A stretch of DNA of 63,237 nt, the filler included, from Choristocarpus tenellus KU-1152 (lineage: Eukaryota; Protista; Phaeophyceae): assembly GCA_964200185.2 (NCBI GenBank). It is 10 parts of 10 records of this genome, joined end to end, with 100 filler letters (N's around TTAATTAATTAA, not from the genome) between each part and the next. Parts side by side here need not be neighbours in the genome. Positions count along the whole stretch, not along the records: positions 1 to 7,963 come from CAXNAD020005331.1; positions 8,064 to 11,132 come from CAXNAD020022539.1; 8 more parts are not named here. One strand, written 5' to 3'. Below, piece by piece: positions 1-11,232 of the stretch (the stretch's first letter is position 1; every line of letters starts with the position of its first letter). A program made the position numbers and the translations under genes. The notes beneath the pieces were generated by a model. The model did not search any database, was not told the DNA's origin, and saw only the letters and a list, made by a program, of their open reading frames with translations.

Positions 1-2404
1 GTCCCTGTTGAAGTTGATGTTGATGGCCTTCCTGGTAAGACAAATCAAGGTGCAGTAGTGAAAAACAAAGATACAGTACTGAGTGGATGAATTGGGGGTA
101 TACATGCAACTGTGACATGGTGGGATTTCGCAACACTGAGAAGGGATGTGCTTCTGCATAAACTCGTTTCATTGCTGAAGATAATGAGAACGACTCAAAC
201 AGGATAGATGAAAATATGGCAGGGACGGTTGGGAAAATGACTGGCTACCTTTCCTCTCAACCTATCCCTCTACATCCACTCCCGAAAGAGAAAAATAGTC
301 CAGAATACATCACACTGACCTGGTACCGAGAGGCACTCAACCTAACACCATTGATCTCTGAGGCCAGCATTTCTGGAGTGTATTCCTGCTCCACTCCTGA
401 ACTCCTAGCTCCTGAACGGAGCAGCATCGACACTGCCTATATAGTAGGCATACAACGTAAAAAAATGGGGATGTATGATGCGGTAGGGGGAGGGAAGAGG
501 TGGCAACAGCAACAGCAACTGGTTGAGGCAAATGTGCAAAGTTTAGAGGGTAGGCAGGTAGTCAAGTAGACCAAGGAGGGTTAAGGTTAGGGTTAGGGTT
601 AGGGTTAGGGAGATCGATATTCAGGACAACCAACACACCCTTCACACCACTACAAACCACAAACGACATCACAAAAACCTACTTCGTACACAGCAACATC
701 TCGCCCAGCTCGACTCCAACACCTCTTTTTAAAATCACAATAATTGCGCCCTATCACACATAAACAAAATATTGGTGAGCCTTTCTCCTAACATAGTTCA
801 CCGTACTCCAAATGAAATAAAAACATCCATGAGCCCACTATAAACTCCTGCCTATGGCTCCTTCACAATCTAATCCACAGCCCAACCTACTCCCTCCTCC
901 ACCTCCTCTCCGCCATGTAGCAACATCTACCTGCACTCCTACCTGTATCACTTGGTGACCTGACTCGTCCATACCCTCTTGAGGGTGAGTGATCTTTCTG
1001 AGCAGCAGTCTCTCGACCTGGACCCTGAGATGTTTTACTAAGGCCGCAGTTCGACGTGGGGCCCTAAACCTTAGCCAGCCGTCCACCGTGATCACCTGAA
1101 TATCAAATCCAAATCCATACACAACACGATGGTCATATGGCCTCTACCTGGTTGCAAAAAAAAGAGCATTTCTTGGTCGGTCATAAAAAAGACACGACAC
1201 TCTATGTGTCGGGCAACCACCATGAAAGAGGCTACTAAGAAAATCGATCACTCTCTTGTTCTCACAGAAAGAGCTGCTTACAACGAAGGAGGGCAACGAA
1301 TTGTTTGTTTTTATTCTACAAAATACAGTGACGTCGTTCATCAGGCACGTGCCACATTCTAGCAAATACAAATATATATTTATATATATATATATATATT
1401 TATATATGTATGTATGTATATATAAAAGAAGAGTTGTTTCCATGCGGCAAAAAGTGTTCAATTAGTTGTGGTGATGGGGGGGGGGAAAGGAAGGGGGAAG
1501 NNNNNNNNNNTTAATAAGTATAGATAAAAGAATGTTTGTTGATATGGAGAATAAGGGGGGGAAGGGGGGGGGGGGGGGGGGGGGGGGAAAGGAAGGGGGA
1601 AGGTAGATGATGCCAGAGTCATGCAGGAGGTGAAAGGTGTATGTCAGAAGACCTCTCCATCTCTCCCAACCAACACAACCGATCATGATTGGATTATATA
1701 TCAATGTGTGCCGTAAGAGAAATAAAAAATAAATTAAAGGAAGAGTGAAAGATTTCGAAGTGTATGTCACACCCAAGAGACCCTTCCCAGTTAAGGCCTT
1801 TCAAGGGTGAAAATTGAGAAGATTTTTCTTTATCAAACAGAACTGAGAAACAAAATCTCCACTGGTCCCTCTCAGCCGATGCGCCCCCCCCCCCTCCAGT
1901 AAGTACTGCTCTGCAGTGAATGCATTTGCTCCCCACAGTATAAGCCATTACATTTAGGCTAATGCCATGTCATACCTCCCTTTCATGGTGGACCTGCAGA
2001 CTACCCCCAAAGAGTGCCAGCATCAGGGGAGTCACTGTTGTCATATCTCGAACGTACACCTAGTAACATTAACATTAACATTAACATTAACAGTAACAGT
2101 AACAGGTGAGCAGCCATGTGTTCGTGGGTGTTATATCTTCAGTGCATCTGCAGTTGAGAATTGCAACAGCCAAAAGGGCATATTCTAAATATTACTCAAA
2201 GTAGGCCTGTACTCATGCTTAGATTGAAGGGATCAACACACTAACAGGGCACACCCATAAATATGATGAAGATCAACATCTCCACCAATAGAATGGCTAG
2301 AAATGCTTACGTTGACCCCCCTAAAAGGATGCATTTAGACCCTACAACATCCCTTGACCACCATCAGTGATGCTACTATCATGAATCCATTGTGGTAATC
2401 TGTA

Positions 2405-2471
<67 letters not shown>

Positions 2472-4816
2472 ATGTATGCTGTGTAGGAGTGGGACCTGGT
2501 TCAAAATATAATATTAATAGTATCAGCCCCTCCTGCTCGCAATATGTATGTGACTGCACAAATCTTTTTGAAACTGCCTGCATACCTGTCCTTCCAGTTC
2601 ATGTCTCCTTAAACTATAACACTCAATCCCTTGGCGACAAGAAAAAATGGGAGCATAAAAAACCCAGAAAATTCCATCATGTCCTTAGTCCAAATCGGGA
2701 GCATCTTCACTCTATACAGGACACCAAATGCCACCTGCCCTGCCATCGATTCCAAGCATGACACAGAAAGTGCCCCCCACAGGAAATTTGGCAATTTTGA
2801 AGGCAGCCGGGAGCAGGCCCGCAAGCCAGAACACACTAGTCCTTGAACAGTACACTACAAATAGTTCAGGAAAAACGCCAGCAAACTCTGGATGAGAACA
2901 AGAAAAATCTAATGTACACTAATGGATGAAACGAGGCCATCGACCACCTCAAGATTAAGTGTCAGGTCTATGTATGCGTATACCTCCAATGATTTCACCA
3001 TTGAGTGAAAGTATCTTAGGGTTAGGGTACGAGTTTTGTCCTGCTTGTCCATTTGGGGCTTGACTCCCCAAACGGATTTTTTTTCATCCCGTTTTCCTAC
3101 TCCAAAATGTTTTGGATTAGGAAAATTGTGTTTTGCTATAAAAAAAGTGTGTCCGGAACAAGTATTTTGACACTTCCTGACAAACACCATGGACAAAATT
3201 ACATCAAAACTGTAACATTGGATTTTGACCCCCAAACGGATGCGGCTCTACCCTCTGGGATATTTTGACTTATTTCCCTTTCCCCAGACCCTAACCATAT
3301 TTGAAAACAGTTGCCCTGTCTTAGTAGGGGGTCATTTTAGGCCCTTCTGAATATTGAGGGTGTGTTGAACCTCCTGCCCAACACCCCATTCCCATTCCCA
3401 AAGTGCAGCTATCCCATCCATGGAGACTTTGACAGCAAAGGAGAAGACAACCGTTTTGTTCACACAAGTAAAAAGTCACCCTTCGGGGTAGTTAGAAAAA
3501 AAACGGGTACCAGAAGGGAGTGACACGGTCCCCAAGCACTATATCAATGACACCCTAACCCCAAGATAGGATAGCTCAATAAGGACAACACCTAAGAACA
3601 ATACAATATTACTCACTCAGATGTACTTAAAAATAATCTGAAAATTGCCCAATCGGCAGTGCATTGCGGCCCTCTTCAAAAAATTTAGTCACAATAAATA
3701 ATAAAAAAATAGTACACATGAAGAGAAACGTTTAGACAATACACTCACCTATTTAACTCCTCTGTCTCTGTTAAAAACAAAAAAATCATGCCCATTCTGC
3801 ACTAGCTGATGCAAGGTAATAATGCATCCCACTTGGTTGGTACATTCTATGTAGCACTTGCAGACCTTTATACCTGGTCCATAATCGTAACCGACTTTCC
3901 TTCTCAGTATGCACTTCAACATCAATCGATAGACTGCAAACCTGACAATGTCCAAGTATGTCAACCATACTACATACTACTATTGCAACTTAAAGAGTTA
4001 TTGTAGAAGTGCGTGTATTAAAGCACATTTCCTAGGTTCGAATTTCATAATCATAAATCTTTACCCCGTAGCAGATCCTTAATAATTTCAATGATAGTGG
4101 TCATTCTACCTCTATCTGCTGCACCAGGCAAATGGGTACTGCATTCCATTTCAAAACCTCCAAACGTTTAGGGAGGGCGCCATCCAACCTTACGCCACCT
4201 TTGCTTCCTCAGAAAGCACCCTCCTAGGCGGAGAAGAAGGAACTCTTACATCATTTCCCTCCCAACTCATGTCATTCTCAGTAGAGCCTCCCAACTCATT
4301 TAATTCTCAGTAGAAGCCTCAAACCTCCAATCTCAAAAGCAAGAACACCTTAATCAACCTGCGCACCTCCACACTTCTTCGTCCCCTTCAATAAAGCATG
4401 TAGACACACTTCACCATGTAAGTGCTACCAAGATGCATCCAACCTAACCCACCTAACACTTCAAGGACCAAACCACAAAGACAACAGACTCAACACCACC
4501 CTCATCGCATTACAAACACACACACACACACACACTCAATACAAACCTTGGAGGTCTTGACCACCTCATGGTACACGCCATATCGACTGTCCAACTCCTT
4601 CTTGTCGAAGTTCACCGTCATTGGGTGCAAGAACATGCCTCCCTTCCTACCATCAAATGCCATTTCACCTGCAGTTTTCGGAGTGCCCCCACTATTCCCA
4701 CACCCCCCACCTCCACCCTTCTTTGCATTTGCCTTTGCAGATCCCAACTTTTCAGGGGGGGGGCAGAGGGACTGCGGGCTCACAAGAACATTGGGGTACA
4801 GACCAGCACAGACTAC
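1..4816 (-). CDS. DExH-box ATP-dependent RNA helicase (DHX57/DHX29/DHX36-like), C-terminal OB-fold region; partial, spliced
   Basis: Exons 4547-4816, 1976-2059, 943-1095, 320-436 and <1-31 all have GT-AG boundaries and are phase 0. They join in frame: VVCAGLYPNV...MFLHPMTVNFDKKELDSRYGVYHEVVKTSK|VYVRDMTTVTPLMLALFGGSLQVHHERE|VITVDGWLRFRAPRRTAALVKHLRVQVERLLLRKITHP...VIQ|AVSMLL. AGLYPNV, HPxxVN, VKTSKVYxRD, LLFGG-like and DGWxxF are typical of the DEAH/RHA helicase C-terminus. Upstream exons were not found. Confidence 0.9.
578..610 (+). repeat. Interstitial telomeric repeat (TTAGGG)n in helicase intron
   Basis: gggttaaggttagggttagggttagggttaggg read directly. Confidence 0.9.
2406..2469. repeat. 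(CA)n microsatellite
   Basis: Perfect AC dinucleotide run of ~64 bp. Confidence 0.97.
3003..3271. mobile_element. MITE family 1 (~260 bp)
   Basis: Ends GAGTGAAAGTATCTTAG... and ...TACCCTCTGGGATATTTTGACTT are terminal inverted repeats. Flanked by ATT/ATT TSD. Internal hairpin TTTTCCTACTCC..GGA(G/T)TAGGAAAA. Homologous to copies at 5086, 6753, 26034, 26230, 29803 and 57221. Confidence 0.85.
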
Positions 4817-4949
4817 CTATAGAGAGTTAAATTGGATAAGGAAGAGGGGTTGAGGGCTGGGGTCAGTAAATTAATTAGGGACTCTCTTTGTGGGCCAGAG
4901 ATCAATCTGTGAATTTCTGCCCACCAATAAATGGGGGTCTATGGGACGG

Positions 4950-5071
4950 TGTATCTGGATGAACTTAGGTAAACCCCTAACCCTATAATGTATCTGGATG
5001 AACTTAGGTAAACCCCTAACCCTATAATGTATCTGGATGAACTTAGGTAAACCCCTAACCCTATAATGTAT
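4950..5071. repeat. 39-bp tandem repeat x3 with telomere-like core
   Basis: Unit TGTATCTGGATGAACTTAGGTAAACCCCTAACCCTATAA, three perfect copies plus 5 bp. Confidence 0.95.
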
Positions 5072-5085
5072 ACCCAAAACTACTT

Positions 5086-5345
5086 GAGCCAAAATATCTT
5101 AGAGGGTAAAGCTTCGTCCAATTGGGGGCCAAAATCCAATGTTGCGATTTTGATGTAATTTTGGCTATCGTGTTTGTTAGGAAGTGTCAATAGCCATGTT
5201 CTGGACATACCCTTTCATTAACGTATACATTTTACCTACTCCGAAACACTTTGGAGTAGGAAAATGTAATAAAAAAACTCGTGGGAAGCCAAGCCCCAAA
5301 TGGACAAACAGGGCAAAACTCGTACCCTCTAAGATAATTTCACTT
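5086..5345. mobile_element. MITE family 1
   Basis: GAGCCAAAATATCTTAGAGGGTA ... TACCCTCTAAGATAATTTCACTT. Opposite orientation to the 3003 copy; TSD not recognisable. Confidence 0.85.
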
Positions 5346-6365
5346 ATAAAAAGGCTCTCTGCACAGTTTCAGTTTCAATCCGTACTGTTGACTAAAAATG
5401 ACCCCTTGTGCTCATCTGAGCTTTGGCTCACGGCGACACGGGAAGAGAGTGGTAAGCCTTCGAGGCGCTCTGGAGCAGTTGAGTTACACCTCAGTTCAAC
5501 AGTCAAGTGCAGGGCCGGATTTTGTTCTTTGATGAGGACAGAGGTGAAGCGTGGTGCTTGCACTCCATTCGAACAATTTATCAAAAAAGCACTTGGACAG
5601 CCTAGGGCTCAACCAGGGGATACACCTCTGAAGAGCAAAGTGTTCGGGTTATTAACACTATCCCTTCTTCTTTACAAACTCCCAAGTCAACACTATTTGT
5701 GCGCACAAAAGGGTAATAATAAAAAATATATATACATAATTAAACGACACCCACTCTTCATAGGGTTAGGGTTAGTACCGATACATCCATGTGGGAGCAA
5801 AAGGAAACACTTGTTGATAATAAAAAACACATGAAAATAGTTAATATAACCCATACTCTGAAGAATCCCTGGTTCTGTCCTACACATAGGTGCACAAGGA
5901 GTGCAGTACAAGCACCCTGGAAGTTGATGTAAACTAAGATACCAGGGCACTCTCTGGATTTAGCATCAATAGCAGAGGACACAAAAGAATACCCTAAACC
6001 TAACAAAAACACACTTAAACAACAGAAAATACAACTGTTGCCACCCCCGCCCCTGCCCCCTTTGTAGTATTACAAGACTTCAACGTATCATCCATCTAAT
6101 GTTCAAATTGAGCCCTTCTAGTGTGTACGATATTTTCATTTCAGGAGGCGTTCTGTTAACGGGAGTTTGTTATTGTCAAGAGGCAACAAGAGGCAACGTA
6201 CCCTCAACATGTTTGACCTTCTTGACTGCTAGTGAAGCACAGGATAGGGCACCAGGGTATAGGTGCACCAGATTGTTCCAGACTTGACACCAAATCCGAC
6301 CTACTTGTACTTCAACAAGAGATGAGACGAGAAACCTCTCCCTTCTTAACAAAGACAGTTACACC

Positions 6366-6418
<53 letters not shown>

Positions 6419-6752
6419 ACCGCAAACAGCCCGGACGCGGGTCGGCGAGACGGAGAAGCGAGGCGCAGGACCGCAGCGCGCCNNNNNNNNNNCAAAAACC
6501 CCCCCCTTGTTCCTCAAAAAAAAGAAAGACAAAAAACCCCCCCCCCCTTAACAAAACACATTCCCCCCCCCCCCCCCCCCCCCCCCCCCCATCCCTCCGA
6601 TGTATATGTGACTGAAGGAGAACAAGGAGGCGTGTTTTTCGGCACATGAGAAGAGGACCGCCTGCAGTGCACACTGCCCAAAACATGACAAACCACTAGT
6701 TCAAAATAATTTGATCCTCACCAAAAATGAGCATCAACGAAGTGAAAGGGAT

Positions 6753-7017
6753 GAGCCAAAGTAAAAGTCTTAGAGGGTAGAGCCGTGTCCATTTGGGGGC
6801 CAAAATCCAATGTTGCAATTTTGATGTAATTTTGGCTATCATATTTGTAAAGGAGATGTCAATATCCCTGTTCCGGACACACATTTCATAACGTATACAT
6901 TTTACCTACTCCGAAACATTTTGGAGTAGGTAAAATGTCATAAAAAAAACTCATGGGAAACCAAGCGCCAAATGGACAAACAGGGAGAAAACTCGTACCC
7001 TCTAAATACACTTTGCC
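6753..7017. mobile_element. MITE family 1 (ends degenerate)
   Basis: GAGCCAAAG...CTTAGAGGGTAGAGCCG...CGTACCCTCTAA. Body clearly matches the 5086 copy. Confidence 0.8.
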
Positions 7018-7963
7018 CAAACACAGAGGGCCGAGGGCCAGCTCACCCAACTCAGTCGACACCTCGGGAAGTAACATTGGTTGCAGACAAATGCACCAAG
7101 ATTGACGCTAAACAGTACCTCCTACAACACTCATTCTACCCGGAGCGGGTTAAACCGAATCAAGATCAAAAGGTTAATCAAGACCAAAAGTTAAGAGCCA
7201 CAAACAGATACCCCCAGCCAGCAAGAACCATGCACCAAAATCTTGATAGCACTACAGAAGGAAGTGTACTTCTGAACAAAGACACGCAGATCAGGGTTTC
7301 GAGGAGTTTGAGCAGTGTACCTGTTTCCTACAGAGGCGTCCATGGAGCAGTACAGGACATACTACTTGTTTTAAGTATATATATATATGTACTATCATCT
7401 CCTTACAGCTGTGCTTAGCGTTAGGGTTAGGGTTAGATGTGTGATACTCACCGCGTTCGATATGCGAAGAATTATTTTTTTTTTTTAGCACAATCCTTCG
7501 TGATCCGGGGTGTACCTTATCTCTACTAAAAAGTAAACAAGACACTTGGTGGGGTGTACCTTATCTGTACCTTGCCAAAAAGTACGACACTAACCCCCTG
7601 ACGTACAGGGCCGAAACTGTAGACCCTCAAAGTTCAAGGGAATATAGAGAAGTTGGAAGGCGGTTGTTAGCCTCCAGGCCGATCCACTGACAAAATGGGA
7701 AAATTGGACCTTTCCCCATTTCGACCAGACTACATAACACTTTTTCTTGTTAAAGGCTAGTTCAACAACAATCCCATCACTATACATCACTAAACCCTAA
7801 CCCTCATAAGGTCACATCCAACCCCAGAAAACGATCGTCCAACCCAGGCAAAACACTTCTAGACCCCCCCCCCCAAAAAAAAAAACCCCACTGAGAGTCA
7901 AACCCCTCTCACCCAGCCCCCGGGAATGTGAACATCATTATCGTACCAAGTTCATCCCCATCC

Positions 7964-8063
7964 NNNNNNNNNNNNNNNNNNNNNNNNNNNNNNNNNNNNN
8001 NNNNNNNTTAATTAATTAANNNNNNNNNNNNNNNNNNNNNNNNNNNNNNNNNNNNNNNNNNNN
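7964..8063. other. Artificial contig linker
   Basis: 44 N + TTAATTAATTAA (stops in all six frames) + 44 N. Confidence 0.98.
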
Positions 8064-8320
8064 GGGGGGGGGGAGGCGGTATGATACTCAGCGGCCTGGC
8101 CTACCTAAGAAAAAACTGTTCACTTCGTCTGTGATTTTGCACACACATATACTCATGGTCACCCGAAAATCAAGAATTTGGTTGACAGGGTTGCTAAATG
8201 CGGGATAACTATCTCAACTTAGGTTGAATAGGAGGACACAGAGAGATTTCACAACAGCTGTAACCCAACAAGAGGAGGAGTAGAGCGCCACCATCCCACC
8301 AACATTGACAACTCTCTTAC

Positions 8321-9158
8321 TTTTTTGTACATTTTGCGGATCTCTGCTAGTGACACTTCATTTTTCTTCGTCTGTCGCTTGATAGCTTCTTCGAGCTCAT
8401 GTTGAAAATATACCTTATCGTACAGCGTGCGCTCAGCCACACTCTCGGTCGCGTCATTGAACCCAATAAGCGTGGCGGTGCAGTGGACGAACGGGGCAAG
8501 GGGTAGGTGGGAAGCGGCCGCGGGACACACACGGCAGGCAGTAGTGAGCAACATGTTGCTGCCGACAGAAATACCACGAGGGATAAAAAAGATCAACAAC
8601 GAAAATATCAACAACGGGCTGACTGACGATGAACCAAACAAAGGAACCATGGCAACAACCTGGTAGATCAGAAGAGTCATCAGGCGATCATGGAACAACG
8701 ACAACACTCCATCACCAACTCTTGACAATTAGCCTCTCTTCTGCTTGGTTGAACTCCATGTAGACCCGCATCATGAAAGCGCGTTTGTGATCAAACTCTC
8801 TCTTCAACACCATTATTCTATGGTTTCCGTCCAGTGTTCGTCCTTGAACGGCAAGCGCAGTGTCGGCGGTGAGCTGGTCCCCGTTGCCCGAGCAGTCTCG
8901 TTGGATGACGACGGACGGAGCAAACTGCTCCAGCCAGCCTTTTTCACGGATGGACTTGCTGACGCGCGCAAGGCCACGTTTGCTCAGGGGACGCACCATC
9001 TCCATGCATGTGATGTTGCCGAGTTTCGTCTTGTACATGCCGAGGTAGTGATGTTCAAGGAGCGAGGACATGCCCTTGGCATTGCTGTGCGATGCTCTCG
9101 ATCCGTGGGCAGCGCCATTGGCAGGCCAGGGGATCGTTGTTGAGCGAATGTTGGACAC
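8321..9158 (-). CDS. ParB/Sulfiredoxin-like N-terminal domain protein, spliced, possibly decaying
   Basis: Exon 1 (8720-9158, starts at ATG) reads VRPLSKRGLARVSKSIREKGW...PSVVI...TLDGNHRIMVLK, matching the ParB/Srx pattern R...l..SI...G...P.vv...DGxHR. Probable exon 2 is 8321-8463 (FNDATESVAERTLYDKVYFQHELEEAIKRQ..., GTAAG donor), but its acceptor reads TG instead of AG. A possible exon 3 starts at 8104. Confidence 0.65.
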
Positions 9159-9329
9159 GGCGAAGATTGGGAGGGTGTGACGGGGATAGATAAGTAAGAG
9201 CTGCTGGTGGTATGTGCGGAAGGGAAGGAATGGAAATGAGGAGTGAGGGCTGGGAGGTGCTGCTTTTTTTCATCCGTTCGGTCAGTCCCCAAAGAAATCA
9301 GATTTCTCTTTCCGTTGATAATTGTGTTA

Positions 9330-10065
9330 CAAAAAAATACGAATATCGAACAGTATACGATTTCATATTTAAAACAGATAGAGAGTATCAGTTTTTTGTG
9401 ACCTTCTCGTTTCGGAACGTTTCGAACGTATTAGACAAATGAAGTATGTGGTTTGTATTTTTATTTGTTGATATTAAGAATACAATATTTTTGTTATTTC
9501 ATAAAAACCCTAACGCACGTGTTTTGGCGGTTCAAGGGTTTCAGATGGTCCGACGGATCACCCGAAACTCAAAAACCGCTTTTTGTCGACTGTTGTATTT
9601 AAAAAAATACAAATGTTGACAAAAGGCGGTTTTAGTATTTAAAAAAATTTTAGGATACCAATTGAAAGTGACCTTTTAGTTTCGGAACATTGGAACGTAT
9701 AAGACCAATAAAGTACGTACTTTGTATTTTTAAAAATTGTAAGAACGGATATAATCGGATTTACTATTTCTAAAAACTCTAATGCACGTGTTTTGGCGGT
9801 TCAAGGGTTTCGGGTGGTCCGACGGATCGCCCAAAACTCAAAAACCGTTTTTTGTCGACTTTTGTATTTTTTTAAATACAAATGTCGAACAACAGAAGAT
9901 TTTGTACTTCAAACAATTAGAGGGTGTCAGTTTTTTTTTATCTTTTGGTTTCGGAACATCGGAAATGTACAAGATCAATTAAGTATGTGCTTTGTATTTT
10001 TTGAAATTGAAATTACGAATATAATCGAATTTCTATTTCTAAAAACCATTATGCATGTGTTTTCC
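9330..10065. repeat. ~270-bp diverged tandem repeat, ~2.7 copies, AT-rich
   Basis: The landmark (A)ANGCAYGTGTTTT recurs near 9512, 9781 and 10050. TTTCGGAAC recurs near 9410, 9680 and 9949. CCGACGGATC recurs near 9550 and 9819. Confidence 0.9.
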
Positions 10066-10189
10066 GGATCATGGATCTCTTTCAATTTTTCAAATTTACA
10101 TTCATTCATGTCTTTAATTCCCCCCAATGCAGGACTCCTTGACCATTGGCGCAAACTAACAAGATAGAGCATCTTCACAGGAACAACCA

Positions 10190-10944
10190 TTGGGCAGGGA
10201 CAAGCCCACGGATCGCCCGAAGCTCAAACATCATTCATATGCCCGGCTTCGAATTCAATTCTATCGTGCCCAAGACCGACTGTTGCCTGAGACTAGATTA
10301 GAATCTAGTTTTTATTTCATCACAGGGAGAATAAACACGTTTTCCAGAACACGGATTTTACTTGGTCCGATGGGTCTCTTCAAACTCAAACATTGTACGC
10401 CCGGCTTTGAATTCAATTCACTCCTAGATCTTCTCACTGCCCAAGACCGCCTGTTGCCCGAAAACACCCTGGCAGTTGCTCCCACAGCAAGGGGGTGGCT
10501 TTTGTCGCCTGCGCTGCCCCCTGTCTTGCCCCCTCATGAGCCTGCCAACAATGATGCACTGGAGCTTTCTACCAGTGACGCTTCAGCGACCGGCGCCAAG
10601 CTTCGCCGAGAATGGGCTCAACCCATCCCAGTCAACGAACAGGGTGACTGCTGCAAGCGCTTAGCCTGTGTGAAGAAGTTTACGGCAGATAGCGAGTCCT
10701 TCCTTGTCCGCATGTTGGCCAAAGAGCAGGACATCATCCGGGCGTGTGAGAATCGCCGCGATCGCAAGCAATTCGTTGGTGACCGTTTACCTGTCATTAA
10801 GTTTGGGCCTGGAGGCGGATCTATGCTTGCAGCCGGCATTCCTGTTTGTACACAGTTTTTGAAGGCATCGTTCGGAATATCCAATCATATCATCGACGCT
10901 TGCAAAGGTACACCTAATGCAAGAGCATCCTACGGCATGGAGAG
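10190..10944 (+). mobile_element. Probable N-terminal exon of a Sola-like (DUF7869-type) transposase
   Basis: The 3' half of the ORF has CCKRLAC...IPVCTQFLKASFGISNHII, resembling the CC..C / VCxxFxxxxGIS motif found upstream of Sola-type catalytic domains. It ends at donor AG|GTGGGT (10944). The true start is uncertain because the 5' part of the ORF contains a local duplication. Confidence 0.5.
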
Positions 10945-11132
10945 GTGGGTTTGATGTATGTACACAGTGTTATTTGTACCCGGTATTGTTTCGACATGCG
11001 ACAAACTTGTTGGGAACGGCAAAAATATTCCAAGGTCTTTACAGTTCTACGGTTTGCTATTGAGGCGAGGGAAAGGGGGGGGGAGAATGGGGACAAAAAG
11101 GAGGACAGCACCGACGACGACAAGGAGGAGGA

Positions 11133-11232
11133 NNNNNNNNNNNNNNNNNNNNNNNNNNNNNNNNNNNNNNNNNNNNTTAATTAATTAANNNNNNNNNNNN
11201 NNNNNNNNNNNNNNNNNNNNNNNNNNNNNNNN
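11133..11232. other. Artificial contig linker
   Basis: 44 N + TTAATTAATTAA + 44 N. Confidence 0.98.

Noticed and set aside
4950-5071. Possible CRISPR array
   Set aside because: Units are contiguous with no spacers, the context is a eukaryotic intron and there are no cas genes.
5184-5834. 216-aa ORF and similar ORFs with PTPKHFGVGK / YPLRYF / PNGQPPPP peptides
   Set aside because: These are translations of the non-coding MITEs.
6232-6686. Poly-Pro / poly-Gly ORFs
   Set aside because: They derive from poly-C homopolymers around a 10-N gap, a low-quality region.
9330-10065. Possible CRISPR-like repeat-spacer array
   Set aside because: The entire ~270-bp unit is homologous between copies, so there are no unique spacers.
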